A stretch of DNA of 64,000 bases, taken from positions 5,736 to 69,735 of IMG/VR virus record IMGVR_UViG_3300030106_006238. One strand, given 5' to 3'. Source of the stretch: a virus. How positions within the stretch are numbered: position 1 is the first letter of the stretch; every line of letters starts with the position of its first letter. Positions 63,922 to 64,000 of this stretch are shown here, one piece after another. Both the position numbers and the translations under genes were made by a program. The notes beneath the pieces were generated by a model. It was not told where the DNA came from. It did no database searches and saw nothing but the letters and a program-made list of their open reading frames with translations.

Positions 63922-64000
63922 ATGCGCATCAATACGATTGAAGTAGTTAGAGAGTTAGTAGAAAAACTCGGTGGTGGATACAGGCCGTGTGCTCGCATTC
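63922..64000 (+). CDS. partial CDS, possible Cro-like HTH
   Basis: AGGAG RBS; MRINTIEVVRELVEKLGGGYRPCARI runs off the window. Confidence 0.45.
   Translation, partial: MRINTIEVVRELVEKLGGGYRPCARI

Overview
This window is a 64-kb piece of a tailed dsDNA bacteriophage genome with short-tail (P22/T7-like podovirus) gene order; no integrase or host genes are visible. Positions ~840-49440 are almost all on the minus strand. Read right to left they encode a C5-cytosine methyltransferase, RusA, an HNH fusion, terminase, portal, scaffold, major capsid, adaptor/nozzle, five putative ejection proteins (one of 3457 aa with a zincin HExxH motif), tail fibre/decoration paralogues, holin-like peptides, two DUF2589-like genes bracketing three very basic mini-proteins, and a PG-binding/YkuD-like endolysin. 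After a G-run-rich strand switch (~49500-49640), the plus strand carries an early region of small genes, then a Dam-type methyltransferase, an ATPase-less VapE-like protein, a candidate structured ncRNA, an SF2 helicase, SSB and tRNA-Asn(GTT). The most striking unexplained signal is in the early region (51344-57584): about 20 same-strand copies of a 25-bp non-palindromic element (GTYNRRRR-N-CG-NN-CCARGTCGCRYC) in six intergenic clusters. These clusters typically lie after an intrinsic terminator and/or just before a sigma70 promoter, and their inter-unit gaps are almost always multiples of 3 nt. They come with PhoB/OmpR-like tandem TGTCA boxes, satellite CAGCTC and AGTGATAG motifs, stereotyped leader hairpins and a downstream HTH gene. 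All family assignments are from motif recognition by eye; no searches were run.
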